Positions 27,371 through 36,585 of a stretch of 64,000 nucleotides of DNA are shown in pieces. Below the pieces are notes generated by a model that was not told where the DNA came from, did not search any database, and was given only the letters and a program-made list of their open reading frames with translations. The DNA lies in IMG/VR virus record IMGVR_UViG_3300030332_001481, positions 131,486 through 195,485 of that record; one strand, given 5' to 3'. The first letter of the stretch is position 1. Each line of letters begins with the position of its first letter. The position numbers and the translations under genes are program-made. This stretch comes from a virus (lineage: Duplodnaviria > Heunggongvirae > Uroviricota > Caudoviricetes).

Positions 27371-27607
27371 ATGACCACGAGTAGAGTACGTGCCGCGGAC
27401 ATGTTGCCAGGTGACCGAGTTCTGGAGGAGGGTCTGCGTGCTCTCGGGTTCGACACAAGGGCCCGTATCCAGGTCCGCTCTGTCGCTTTTGAGAGTAGCG
27501 ACCGCATCCGCATCGCCTACAGCTTCCTTAGCTCGGTGAGTGACATGTGGCTCAACAATGAGCTGAGTTTCCCTGCAAATACGATGATTTGCGTCGAGCG
27601 AGCGTGA
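27371..27607 (+). CDS. small beta-barrel-like hypothetical protein
   Basis: RAADMLPGDRV motif. Confidence 0.6.
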   Translation: MTTSRVRAADMLPGDRVLEEGLRALGFDTRARIQVRSVAFESSDRIRIAYSFLSSVSDMWLNNELSFPANTMICVERA

Positions 27608-27617
27608 CCTAGAGAGG

Positions 27618-27635
27618 CCAACCCTGGCCATACTA
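27618..27635 (+). promoter_or_regulatory. repeat motif copy 8 (no convincing ORF before next copy)
   Basis: exact motif followed by hairpin and T-rich tract. Confidence 0.8.
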
Positions 27636-27647
27636 GGTAGGGAGCCG

Positions 27648-27690
27648 AGGGGCTGAGGCGACGTTGGTTGTCTCAGCCCCTGCTTATTTT
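27648..27690 (+). terminator. hairpin with T-rich tail (candidate short RNA)
   Basis: aggggctgag/ctcagcccct stem, GTTGGTTG apex, gcttatttt tail. Confidence 0.55.
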
Positions 27691-27785
27691 CCCTTGACTT
27701 CTTCCGTGCCGCGAATCAGATAGATGAATGAGCCGAGGTCGCGGAGACCTCAACGAGAGAACGGCGGGCACGGGAGCTAGAGTGG

Positions 27786-27803
27786 CCAACCCTGGCCATA
27801 CTA
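27786..27803 (+). promoter_or_regulatory. repeat motif copy 9
   Basis: exact motif. Confidence 0.8.
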
Positions 27804-27913
27804 GGTAGAGACGCCGGGACAGCACCGGCAACCAACAACGAACCGCTAACAGTCAGTAACACACCGGGTACGGGACCAACCCTACAATGAGGTCCCAGAA
27901 AGACACCAGTACC

Positions 27914-28687
27914 ATGGCCAAGTCCACCACCAAGTCCAGCGCCTCCACCGTCACCTACATGCAGCCCATGCTGGAGAACGGGTTCGGCAGCGAGCTGGAG
28001 AACGCGGTCGCCGCGCTCAACAACATGCTGTGCCGGGAGGGCCGCACGGCCCAGGATCCCGCCTCGATGCTCCTCGGGACCATCAAGAGCGAGCTGGGGA
28101 AGATGGGCGTCTCCTTCGACATCGTCCCCCGCCCGCTGGGTCTGGCCGACGCCACCCCCAAGGTCACGGTCCGCACCGAGACGCCCCCGGCCACGCCGAA
28201 GAAGCGCCGCAAGCAGAAGAAGACCAAGCAGTCGAAGGCGAAGGCCACCACCTCGGACGGCACGGTCGACCAGCGGACCATCCACCCGATGCAGCGCAAG
28301 GCGGCAGAAGGCGTCCGGAAGATCGACCACGAGGAGCTGGAGCGTCTCCAGGTGGCCGGGACGGTCGACGAGAACGCCGACGCACCGTACGGCTGTGACT
28401 CGGACGGCAACAAGCTCGCCCCGTACGGCGTGAAGACCAACGGCATGCCGGCCAAGCGCCGGGGCAAGGTCGCCGTGGCGTCGCCCACCGAGACCGAGGC
28501 CACCGAGAAGACCGAGCCCAAGACGGCCCCCAAGGCCGAGACGAAGCCCAAGGTCGCCCCCGAGACCCAGAAGGTCGCCCCGAAGACGGAGCCGTCGACG
28601 GACACCACGGCCGTGGCGGACGCCGACATCGACCTGACCGACCTGGACGATCTCGACGGGCTGTTCGAGGACGCCGCGATCGCCTGA
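27914..28687 (+). CDS. Lys/Thr/Pro-rich protein with acidic tail (putative nucleic-acid binding)
   Basis: PKKRRKQKKTK, PAKRRGK, TEPK-type repeats, DIDLTDLDDLD tail; near-uniform C/G-ending codons. Confidence 0.75.
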   Translation: MAKSTTKSSASTVTYMQPMLENGFGSELENAVAALNNMLCREGRTAQDPASMLLGTIKSELGKMGVSFDIVPRPLGLADATPKVTVRTETPPATPKKRRKQKKTKQSKAKATTSDGTVDQRTIHPMQRKAAEGVRKIDHEELERLQVAGTVDENADAPYGCDSDGNKLAPYGVKTNGMPAKRRGKVAVASPTETEATEKTEPKTAPKAETKPKVAPETQKVAPKTEPSTDTTAVADADIDLTDLDDLDGLFEDAAIA

Positions 28688-28703
28688 TCGCAGCAGCTCT
28701 GTA

Positions 28704-28740
28704 AAAAGGGGGAGAGACCGCTAAGGCCTCTCCCCCTTTT
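28704..28740. terminator. bidirectional intrinsic terminator
   Basis: aaaagggggagag / ctctccccctttt. Confidence 0.8.
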
Positions 28741-29029
28741 GCTGTTTAAGGAGCTGCACGTGTGCACACTTGAGATTTTCAGCCCGAAGAACGAACATCT
28801 AGCAACCATCCTCGACTTTCCTGGGGTTCCTACAACGGGGACTAAGGTCGTCGCTCTTGTGGGAGTGAGGATGAGGGGGCTGAGGATTGCAGAGGAACCT
28901 GAGTGGGCCTGGGTGGACGGCAAATACTGCGCCGTCGCAGTGGCTTTCGAGTTCGATCTCACGAAAGGGCAGGCAGCTCGCTTCGCTGCTCTCCACAAGA
29001 CGTCGTCCGACCACTGGAACGGACGCTGA
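28739..29029 (+). CDS. hypothetical protein (start uncertain)
   Basis: 96-aa ORF. Confidence 0.5.
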   Translation: MLFKELHVCTLEIFSPKNEHLATILDFPGVPTTGTKVVALVGVRMRGLRIAEEPEWAWVDGKYCAVAVAFEFDLTKGQAARFAALHKTSSDHWNGR

Positions 29030-29031
29030 AA

Positions 29032-29070
29032 CTACGCCTCCAACCAGTTACTTAACTGGTATGGAGGTAG
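29032..29070 (+). promoter_or_regulatory. hairpin sequestering GGAGG SD of gene 29073
   Basis: ctac..ctcca-accagtta/taactggt-tggag-gtag. Confidence 0.45.
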
Positions 29071-29072
29071 CT

Positions 29073-29324
29073 ATGGTTCTTGAATATGTCGCACTCGCTT
29101 ACTTCGCAGATGGTACTCGAATCACTTTCTGGAGTGAGGATTTCGAGGAAGCGACAGCAAGAGCCGCAGCCTGGCACGATATCTACATCAACGACCTTTG
29201 TGGAATGAATACGAACGGCGCCCGTGTGGCGTCGATTGTGGTTAAGTTCCCTGATGGTAGGGAACAGGAGCTATACACCTGTGCTGAGTACAGACGCGGT
29301 ACACCTCTTCGCAAGTTCGAATAG
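29073..29324 (+). CDS. hypothetical protein
   Basis: GGAGGT SD before ATG 29073. Confidence 0.65.
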   Translation: MVLEYVALAYFADGTRITFWSEDFEEATARAAAWHDIYINDLCGMNTNGARVASIVVKFPDGREQELYTCAEYRRGTPLRKFE

Positions 29325-29358
29325 TTCACTCTTCAATCCGGCCAAGGATAGATCCTAC

Positions 29359-29895
29359 TTGGTTGTCGACAACTACACGGAGAAGGGAGTATGCTTCACT
29401 TCTCACATCTGCAAGCTCGGACAGTTCCGAGAGACTAGACGTGTTGACTACCTGAATCTCTACAACATGCGGAACCCAGACCGTAGCGATTCCCTGATGC
29501 TGAGTTACCTGGAGGGAGCCGACAAGGGCCAGTCCCACGAACTCAACTCCATCGTGGTGGTCTCGTACCTGGGTCACAGCCCTGTGGCTTGGTCACTGGC
29601 TTTCCATACCCGGGTGGTCAGTTGCCTCGATGATGAGGGGGTTGATCCGGAAGAGATTCCAGAAGATGATCCCGACGCCGCGTACTTCAAACCGTTCCGG
29701 GCCTACAACCTGAACGTCTTTACGAATCCTTCGTATCGTGGTATGGGACTTGGGTATGCGACCGTGGACACCATGGTCAACTACCTCAAGGGCCGCAAGC
29801 GCCGCCTCGTGTGCCAGCCCTGGGACGCCGCAGGCTGGACGACTTTCATGAAGGCGGGTGTCGAAGTACTCGATCCTGCCGCCCGCTTCAAGTAG
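29359..29895 (+). CDS. GNAT acetyltransferase
   Basis: VFTNPSYRGMGLG acetyl-CoA motif A; start (TTG 29359) uncertain. Confidence 0.65.
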   Translation: MVVDNYTEKGVCFTSHICKLGQFRETRRVDYLNLYNMRNPDRSDSLMLSYLEGADKGQSHELNSIVVVSYLGHSPVAWSLAFHTRVVSCLDDEGVDPEEIPEDDPDAAYFKPFRAYNLNVFTNPSYRGMGLGYATVDTMVNYLKGRKRRLVCQPWDAAGWTTFMKAGVEVLDPAARFK

Positions 29896-29935
29896 CTGAT
29901 TTCGCTTTACTTTTACTGTTCATGCTCTGAGAGGG

Positions 29936-29953
29936 GCAACCCTGGCCATACTA
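29936..29953 (+). promoter_or_regulatory. repeat motif copy 10
   Basis: GCAACCCTGGCCATACTA. Confidence 0.8.
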
Positions 29954-30033
29954 GTTACCGTGGCGGGGAGGCCGTGTTGGCCTTTGCTCCTCACCTCCAA
30001 CCTGAAACCCTCAATAAGTAGATAGGCAAAATC

Positions 30034-30291
30034 ATGGCACGTAACTCATCCACCGCCCCCGGTATCCAGCGCGTCGGTCACCTGCTCCGGTTCCCCCTCA
30101 CCAAGGGTGGGAGCTGGCTCGTCGACCCGGCGGAGATCGTCTCGATCGCAGCGCACAACAAGGACCACAACGTCACCGTCTGTCGGCAGCGGGACGACAA
30201 CTTCAACTACTTCATCCCGTTCCCCCTCGAAGTGGTCGACGAGGTTGTCACCCAGGCGCTGGGTGAGGGCGACGAAGATATCCTCGACTGA
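30034..30291 (+). CDS. hypothetical protein
   Basis: first gene after motif. Confidence 0.7.
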   Translation: MARNSSTAPGIQRVGHLLRFPLTKGGSWLVDPAEIVSIAAHNKDHNVTVCRQRDDNFNYFIPFPLEVVDEVVTQALGEGDEDILD

Positions 30292-30336
30292 TATCTCTGC
30301 TCGCTCTAGTAATGACTAACCTCCAAGGAGGTCCCC

Positions 30337-31050
30337 ATGGGCTTCAACAACTACGACGACGATGACATTCTCCTGGACCCGGTACTGATCGCCCAGGACG
30401 CAGAGCTGCAAGCACAGGAACGATCGCTCCTGTACGTGGCTCACACCACCGACGACATCAACGAGTACACTCGGCTGCGGAACCAGGCGGAGGAATTCAA
30501 CTACGCCCGAGGCAAGATGAGGGAGGCCGCCGTGTATGCTCGCCAGATTCGCGAAGATGACCTCGAAGAGCAGCGGATCGCTCGTCGCCGGGAACAAACG
30601 CTTCAGCAACTGGTGGCATACTTCAACCGGGAGGTGGCTCAGCCCCGCATCGAAAACTTCCGGGCGAAGAGGCGAAAGCTCTGGCACGAGTACCTGGCGT
30701 GGAGCGACAACGGAAGTTCTCGCCCCATCTGGGAGTACCCCAACATCCAGGAGAAGCGGGCGTACCTTCGCCTCACCGACTCTGTGCTGGTGTCGGTAGC
30801 CCACGGCATGGACCACTGGATCGAGGCGGAGCCGTATCCTGGGCAGGTGAAGGACATGTGCGTGTTGAAGCTGCCGGCAGACGGCAAGCTCGAAGACGTG
30901 AACCTCGACGAGCTGAAGAGCCTGATCGCAGGTGGGGTCATCGATATCACCAGGCACGAGTTCAGGGTCCGTCCCGACGTGAGGGAGAACGCAAAGAACT
31001 ACATCCGTAGGGCTTGTGCAGAGAACGGGTGGTCGGTCCCTGGTGATTGA
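30337..31050 (+). CDS. hypothetical protein
   Basis: AAGGAGGT SD, 237 aa. Confidence 0.75.
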   Translation: MGFNNYDDDDILLDPVLIAQDAELQAQERSLLYVAHTTDDINEYTRLRNQAEEFNYARGKMREAAVYARQIREDDLEEQRIARRREQTLQQLVAYFNREVAQPRIENFRAKRRKLWHEYLAWSDNGSSRPIWEYPNIQEKRAYLRLTDSVLVSVAHGMDHWIEAEPYPGQVKDMCVLKLPADGKLEDVNLDELKSLIAGGVIDITRHEFRVRPDVRENAKNYIRRACAENGWSVPGD

Positions 31051-31080
31051 AGCGCCTGAGCCTCGAAGGAGAATTAGACG

Positions 31081-31266
31081 ATGACAAAGACTAACACCAA
31101 CACGCTCGACCGCCTCCGCAACACCGACGACGTTGAGCTGTACGAGACCGACAGTCGAGGCTGCAACCTCACGGAGGCCGGCGCGCAGTTGGCCGAGGCT
31201 GCCGGCCTGACCGTCGACGTTGATGCCTACGGCAACGCGTATGTGGTGGAGACGACTGGTGAGTGA
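31081..31266 (+). CDS. small acidic protein
   Basis: AAGGAG SD. Confidence 0.6.
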   Translation: MTKTNTNTLDRLRNTDDVELYETDSRGCNLTEAGAQLAEAAGLTVDVDAYGNAYVVETTGE

Positions 31267-31357
31267 AAGCGGTGACCCCTCTGACTAGTGCGTTGGTTTT
31301 CTTTCTCACTGCTCTTAGTTATTAACTCTTAGGCTGAGCAGACAGCTGCTCAGTGAT

Positions 31358-31431
<74 letters not shown>

Positions 31432-31464
31432 CTTGAAAATGGTGCCATCGAAAGGTCAGTAGAT

Positions 31465-32265
31465 ATGTGGTTCACTTTCTCACAAGATCGCAACGTTAGC
31501 CCATGGCGTGACAGCTTCACCATCACCGAGCAGGCAGGACAGTTCGTCCTCATCGAGGTGGAAGGTATACGCGATGTGAGGGAGGCCAACGACCGGTTCG
31601 AGAAGTTCACGGGGGAGCACCTCCACCGGTACGACAGCTCGTGCGGCTCGTCGTACGACGACGAGGACATCCACCGGCCATGGAGAGCGGTTGACACCGA
31701 TACCGCTAGACACCGTCCCACGGTGCTGGGTCGTAACATCGAGGACCCCGAGGACCTGAATACTTTCCTCTACCTGTACTACAGCACGCTTAGCTGCGGA
31801 GAAGCGGGCCTGCAAATCAACATGTACTTCGCCAACGGGGAGAGCAAGAAGCTCACCTTCAGCGAAGAAGACTTCAAGAGTGCCAGGGCTGCCTGGGCCG
31901 AGACTCGCCCCAAGATGTGGGCGACACTCGTGAACAACCACGGGGCCTTCGAACCACGCGTGGTGGTCCTCCAGAGTTACGGAACCAGGGCCCGGGACTA
32001 CTGGTATGATGTCGAAGGAAACTTCGGAGGTGAACTTGTACCCGAGGGTGAAAACGCCACGCGGGACGACGGTCCCGCTTACTACGCCTCTGCAACCAAG
32101 GGCAAGGTGGAGGAGTACGTGAGCGGTGCACTACGCGTCTTCAAGGCGGCCGTTGCCGGTGCTGAGGCGGAGATGAAGAAGATCCGCGGCACCCGAGGGA
32201 CCACCAAAGAGCACGCTCTGGGAGCGAACCGCGCCCTTTGCCTAATCAAGCAAGCGCTGAACTGA
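31465..32265 (+). CDS. hypothetical protein
   Basis: ATG 31465 after GAAAGG; 266 aa. Confidence 0.7.
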   Translation: MWFTFSQDRNVSPWRDSFTITEQAGQFVLIEVEGIRDVREANDRFEKFTGEHLHRYDSSCGSSYDDEDIHRPWRAVDTDTARHRPTVLGRNIEDPEDLNTFLYLYYSTLSCGEAGLQINMYFANGESKKLTFSEEDFKSARAAWAETRPKMWATLVNNHGAFEPRVVVLQSYGTRARDYWYDVEGNFGGELVPEGENATRDDGPAYYASATKGKVEEYVSGALRVFKAAVAGAEAEMKKIRGTRGTTKEHALGANRALCLIKQALN

Positions 32266-32286
32266 GCAACCGGAAAGAAGAAAATC

Positions 32287-32865
32287 ATGAGCCACCTCGT
32301 ATACATCGTCTCCTGTTCTGGTCCGAACCCCGCCAAGGCGTCGAAGGAGAAGCTCTTCCTCGACTACGAAGAGGCCGAGGCCCACGCCGCGGAGCGTTCT
32401 CGGGATGACAAGCCCGCCAAGTTCTCCGTGTACCCCATGGTCATGGAAGAACTCCGCGATCCCAAGCCCGATTCCAAGCTCCACCACGGCCGGAGCCGGC
32501 ACAGGATCAAAGACAACCCCCTCGAAAAGCGCTTCGCCGACATGTGGGAGAAGCTGAACGGGTTCGACCCCGGACGTGGAATCCTCTCGTACCTGCTGGC
32601 GAACGACAACAACCGCCCCGATGACGTGAACGAGCGAGACGCCGAGGTGGCCGCCACGGTGATCCAGTGGCTGGGTTCCCCTGTGGGGATGGGGTTCGTG
32701 CGTGATGTCCTACAGCTGGACAAGATGAGAGACGCGCTTCGTTACCTCAAGGAGTCCATGGACGCCACGGCGGACAGCGCCCCTCCTGGGTCTCGTGGTT
32801 ACATCCGCGACAACGCACGGCAGGTCAAGCGAGTCATCAACATCCTCGACAACATGAACGGCTAG
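32287..32865 (+). CDS. hypothetical protein
   Basis: contains AATVIQWLGSPVG phage-type motif. Confidence 0.75.
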   Translation: MSHLVYIVSCSGPNPAKASKEKLFLDYEEAEAHAAERSRDDKPAKFSVYPMVMEELRDPKPDSKLHHGRSRHRIKDNPLEKRFADMWEKLNGFDPGRGILSYLLANDNNRPDDVNERDAEVAATVIQWLGSPVGMGFVRDVLQLDKMRDALRYLKESMDATADSAPPGSRGYIRDNARQVKRVINILDNMNG

Positions 32866-32880
32866 GCGTGAGGGGAACGC

Positions 32881-33216
32881 ATGGTTGATTGGGAGGCCAT
32901 GACGCAGGTGAGGAACTTCATGGTCCAGAACCAAAAGCTCCTGCCTCTGTCGGCGAAGAAACTACACAGCCTCATGGACCCGAGCTGGAGTACCAGTAAG
33001 ATGTCCCACCTCATGGATCTCCTTGAGGCCAGCGGAGACGTGGTGTCCGATACAGTGCGGTACACTAGCGAAAAGCAGAAGGAACACAACCGAAAGTACG
33101 CAGAGTTCGGCCTGCGGTTCTCTACCAAGGTCCGGGTCTACTCCCTCTCACCTTCCCTGGCGATCCCTCACGAACTATTCCCTCTCACATCAGCAGGGCA
33201 CGATGAACATCAATGA
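32881..33216 (+). CDS. possible wHTH protein
   Basis: LSAKKLHSLM...KMSHLMDLLEASG...VYSL. Confidence 0.55.
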   Translation: MVDWEAMTQVRNFMVQNQKLLPLSAKKLHSLMDPSWSTSKMSHLMDLLEASGDVVSDTVRYTSEKQKEHNRKYAEFGLRFSTKVRVYSLSPSLAIPHELFPLTSAGHDEHQ

Positions 33217-33607
33217 CTACCTAGTCCAGTACAATGACACTCACGACTTGCGCCCGTGGACTGCGAGCGAGCCGGACAAGTACCGAAAGAAGATGGCAGG
33301 ACGCTCTCTTCAGAAGGTGGCTGCGGGTGTCGTAGCCAGGGCACTCAAGATTCACGAGAGGGTCGGCGCGCAGGGGGACCCACGCTTCGACAAAATCTAC
33401 ACTGAGAAGTGGAACGCTCAGTGGGAGCTGTTCTCGTCGAGCCTGCGGCCCGCGAAGAACGAGACCGAAGAGCAGAAAAAGGCACGACTCAACCAGCGCA
33501 ATAAGTCGTGGGTCACGCTGAACGCGCTCGACGCGTTGTCGTATAGCGGGGTGCGCCTCGGTGACATGCAGATCGATGTCCGGCGCGCACTGAAAGGGGA
33601 GAAGTAA
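33203..33607 (+). CDS. hypothetical protein
   Basis: ATG 33203; TAATG overlap with next. Confidence 0.65.
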   Translation: MNINDYLVQYNDTHDLRPWTASEPDKYRKKMAGRSLQKVAAGVVARALKIHERVGAQGDPRFDKIYTEKWNAQWELFSSSLRPAKNETEEQKKARLNQRNKSWVTLNALDALSYSGVRLGDMQIDVRRALKGEK

Positions 33608-34158
33608 TGCATCTAGGACCTATCAGCTACCGTGAGCCTGCGTCGGTCCCTCAGGCAGAGGAGACCGAGCCAGAGCCGGGGCTCTCCAACCACGAGATCG
33701 AAGTGGCAGTGGTCTACGGCCAGTGGCTGGAAGACTGCAAGGCGCAGAAGTGGCAGAACATACGAAGCATCGTGTTTGAGATCTTCTTGATTCCGATCAC
33801 GGCGCTGTGGTATACAGTAGTTATGCTCGCATGCGTCCCCGTAGATCTTGCTCGCAGAGTTGTCTACGGGAGAGACTTCTACCTCAGCGAGCCAACCATG
33901 GTTGGGAGGGCCGCGCTCCTCTGGTTTTCATGGTTCCCTGTGAAGTACAAGCCTGTCGAGCCGTGGAGTTCCGTTGCCGACGCGGAGCGTGCGACAGCAG
34001 AGAACGAGTCAGTCGACGCGTTTCGCCACCCACACTACCAGAAGAAGTACCAGAAAGCCCTGAGGGCTGAGACCACGTGGAGTAGGCTGCGCAACTCGGA
34101 CGCGGCCCGAGAAGTCTACCGACGATACCTCAAGGAAAAGTACGAGAGGGTTTGCTAA
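33607..34158 (+). CDS. membrane protein
   Basis: TM IVFEIFLIPITALWYTVVMLACV. Confidence 0.7.
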   Translation: MHLGPISYREPASVPQAEETEPEPGLSNHEIEVAVVYGQWLEDCKAQKWQNIRSIVFEIFLIPITALWYTVVMLACVPVDLARRVVYGRDFYLSEPTMVGRAALLWFSWFPVKYKPVEPWSSVADAERATAENESVDAFRHPHYQKKYQKALRAETTWSRLRNSDAAREVYRRYLKEKYERVC

Positions 34159-34943
34159 TGAAAGAAATGGAAATTCCGATGCCTCCCGACTCCCCTGGTG
34201 AGTCCCCCTACCGTAAGAACGCGCGGCCCCCTGACGAGGACGTAGATAAGATCATCTCCGACGCGGAAGCCCTCGCGCTGGAGATGGGGGAGTACGTAGA
34301 GAGTCATCACCCTATCGGCGGATCCCTGCTCTCGACGGCGTTCATCGAACACTACGACCAGGTGAGAGGGGCCACTTACTTGAAGTGGCGTGAGGATGTG
34401 ACCAGCCGTAAGTGGCATAGGCTGGCCCTGATATTTCTCGCGCCACTGTGGATCCCTGCGTACATCGTGTGCGAACTGTGGGTAGTGCTCCACTACTTGG
34501 GCCAGAGAGTTCTCTATGGGACGAAGGACAAGTGGGTTCTCATGAAAGTGAAGAACCCCATTGCTGCGTTTCTGAGGAGTGAGCCGCGACCGACGTTCTC
34601 TGTCGTCCTTGGTCAGCAGGGTGATAGGGCACGTTCCGCGGCCTATACGGGAGACCTCCTTGCCGAGCGTGCGGACAGACTCGCTAACGTGTGCGACATG
34701 AATCTCTCCGACAGTCTCTTGGCTGTGCAGTTGGATGACCTCAAGCGTCTCTCCAAGACACTAAGGAAGCGAACAAATGAAACGCGCTTCACAGCTAGAA
34801 TGCTTAGGGGAGAGGAACGAAAGTGGCGGTTTGACGTGGAGGACTTTCAAGCCCTGGCTCAGAAGGTCAGTCGCACCCATGCTCCTTCGGCGATCTCAGT
34901 GCTGTCTGTGTACGACAGAGCGAAGGCTCTAAATGCACTTTGA
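34158..34943 (+). CDS. membrane protein with C-terminal coiled coil
   Basis: TM LALIFLAPLWIPAYIVCELWVVL; architecture similar to upstream gene. Confidence 0.7.
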   Translation: MKEMEIPMPPDSPGESPYRKNARPPDEDVDKIISDAEALALEMGEYVESHHPIGGSLLSTAFIEHYDQVRGATYLKWREDVTSRKWHRLALIFLAPLWIPAYIVCELWVVLHYLGQRVLYGTKDKWVLMKVKNPIAAFLRSEPRPTFSVVLGQQGDRARSAAYTGDLLAERADRLANVCDMNLSDSLLAVQLDDLKRLSKTLRKRTNETRFTARMLRGEERKWRFDVEDFQALAQKVSRTHAPSAISVLSVYDRAKALNAL

Positions 34944-35142
34944 CGACGAGATAGATGACGAGATACACCCCGATGAGCTGAGGAGGATCTGGGCGAATAG
35001 GGAGCTACGACGAAAGGTACGGGCGCAGCGTGGTGGCCCGTACACCGGTCGCTGTGCTCGGTGCGGAAGCTCCGACCTGTGGGACGACAACCTGTCCTAT
35101 GGGTGCCGCAAGTGCGGACTAGTACACGTAGGCAACATGTAG
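34933..35142 (+). CDS. small Zn-ribbon protein
   Basis: CARCGS...CRKCG. Confidence 0.65.
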   Translation: MHFDDEIDDEIHPDELRRIWANRELRRKVRAQRGGPYTGRCARCGSSDLWDDNLSYGCRKCGLVHVGNM

Positions 35143-35147
35143 AGGGG

Positions 35148-35165
35148 CCAACCCTGGCCATACTA
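35148..35165 (+). promoter_or_regulatory. repeat motif copy 11
   Basis: exact motif 5 nt after upstream TAG; hairpin 35170-35198. Confidence 0.8.
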
Positions 35166-35241
35166 AGAGGGGTCGGGGAGCCTTGGGCTTGCTGACCCTT
35201 CTTGCGTTCCACCGACAACCAACCACAAGGAATCAACCACC

Positions 35242-35670
35242 ATGCAGACTCAGAACCACGAGAAGTCCCCCGTCATCTTCAACATCGACAAGTCCTTCAC
35301 CGAAGAGGACATCGAGACCATCCTGGTGTCCGGCTTCGAGGGCGGCATCGGGTACTGGGCGGTCCTGCTCGACCTGGAGGAGCCCGAGAACGTCCCCGAG
35401 CGCCTCTCCAAGATGGGCAAGTGGTACCGGGCCATCCTGGCCGGCGGTCACGTCACCATCGCCGACACCGAGGAGCACTACCGGGCCGGTGGTGACGTGT
35501 CGAAGATTCAGACCTGGCGCCTGGACCTGGACGCCCTCAAGCGTGGCCTGGAGGCTTGCCGGAGTCACGAGTACACCTGGCGCAACGCCCAGGACGCCTG
35601 GAACATCGACGCCGACGTGGCGGACAACATCATCCAGTTCGCCCTCTTCGGGGAGCTGGTCTACGGCTGA
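35242..35670 (+). CDS. acidic phage protein
   Basis: AAGGA..AACCACC-ATG; EGGIGYW...IDADVADNIIQFALFGELVYG. Confidence 0.8.
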   Translation: MQTQNHEKSPVIFNIDKSFTEEDIETILVSGFEGGIGYWAVLLDLEEPENVPERLSKMGKWYRAILAGGHVTIADTEEHYRAGGDVSKIQTWRLDLDALKRGLEACRSHEYTWRNAQDAWNIDADVADNIIQFALFGELVYG

Positions 35671-35690
35671 TTGATTTGGGTTAGCCCCTA

Positions 35691-35713
35691 GCCGTCGAGA
35701 AGTTCTCGACGGC
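35691..35713 (+). terminator. hairpin (possible terminator/processing site)
   Basis: gccgtcgaga/tctcgacggc 10-bp perfect stem. Confidence 0.5.
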
Positions 35714-35746
35714 CTGGGAGTAACTCAAACCACAAAGGAGAACCAC

Positions 35747-36103
35747 ATGAACTTCGAAGAGAAGCTTCGAGAAGCCGAGGAACAGTACGACGAAAGGGTG
35801 TCTGCCATCGCGGAGGAGGTGCGCCGGACGTTGCTGATTCCTGTGTGTGACAAGTACAACATGCTGTTCATGGCAGGCAACGGTACCTGGTTCCTTGAAC
35901 TCACCGACGAGGAGGGGGAGAAGTTCTCCGTTGAATCCCTGGAGGCACAAGACTCGGAGTTTTGCTTCTACGAAGACAAGGCAGAGCTAATCAAGAGGCT
36001 CAGGGAAGATCGAAACGTACGGAAGCTGATCGAGGCTCTCAGTCTATCCGTGGGAGATTTTGATCTGGGCAGTGTCACTAACGACTACGACGGGAGGCAG
36101 TGA
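35747..36103 (+). CDS. acidic hypothetical protein
   Basis: AAGGAGAACCAC-ATG. Confidence 0.75.
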   Translation: MNFEEKLREAEEQYDERVSAIAEEVRRTLLIPVCDKYNMLFMAGNGTWFLELTDEEGEKFSVESLEAQDSEFCFYEDKAELIKRLREDRNVRKLIEALSLSVGDFDLGSVTNDYDGRQ

Positions 36104-36104
36104 T

Positions 36105-36578
36105 ATGTCGAACTCGATGACCGAAGATGACTTCTGGGATCTTTGGGAGACCCAGGGTTCCCAGAGGGCATACGAAGTACTAGAGGTTGTCGGTGGTAGG
36201 TTCTACGGTGGTAGGTTTTACAGCGAAGGGGAAGAAGAGATGACCAACAAGACCAAGACCAAGGAAAAGTTCAATCAGCGGCTGGCCTCCTTCGTGGAGT
36301 GGTTCGTCGACCACGGAGGTGATGTCGACGGGACCGCGTTCAACGATGCATGCTCCGAGCTGTTCGGCCTGGCACGTGACTGCGTGGGCAGAGGCAACCC
36401 TGTTCCGCTGGTTGTCCAGAAGTCGCAAGGCATGTTCCTGTTGGACGCGGCGTGTGCGCTGATGGGTCGTCACGTCCCACAGGAGCTTCTGCAAGTGGAT
36501 TGCCTCCGCGTGGAACGATACCTCAACGCTGGGCGGCACGACGACGATCGGGTAGTCGGGCTCGTGGAAAGGAAGTGA
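36105..36578 (+). CDS. hypothetical protein
   Basis: GGGAGG SD; internal GGRFY tandem duplication. Confidence 0.6.
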   Translation: MSNSMTEDDFWDLWETQGSQRAYEVLEVVGGRFYGGRFYSEGEEEMTNKTKTKEKFNQRLASFVEWFVDHGGDVDGTAFNDACSELFGLARDCVGRGNPVPLVVQKSQGMFLLDAACALMGRHVPQELLQVDCLRVERYLNAGRHDDDRVVGLVERK

Positions 36579-36585
36579 AGTAGGT

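Noticed and set aside
27694-27726. TTGACT as a sigma70 -35 between motif copies 8 and 9
   Set aside because: No acceptable -10 hexamer at 16-18 nt spacing.
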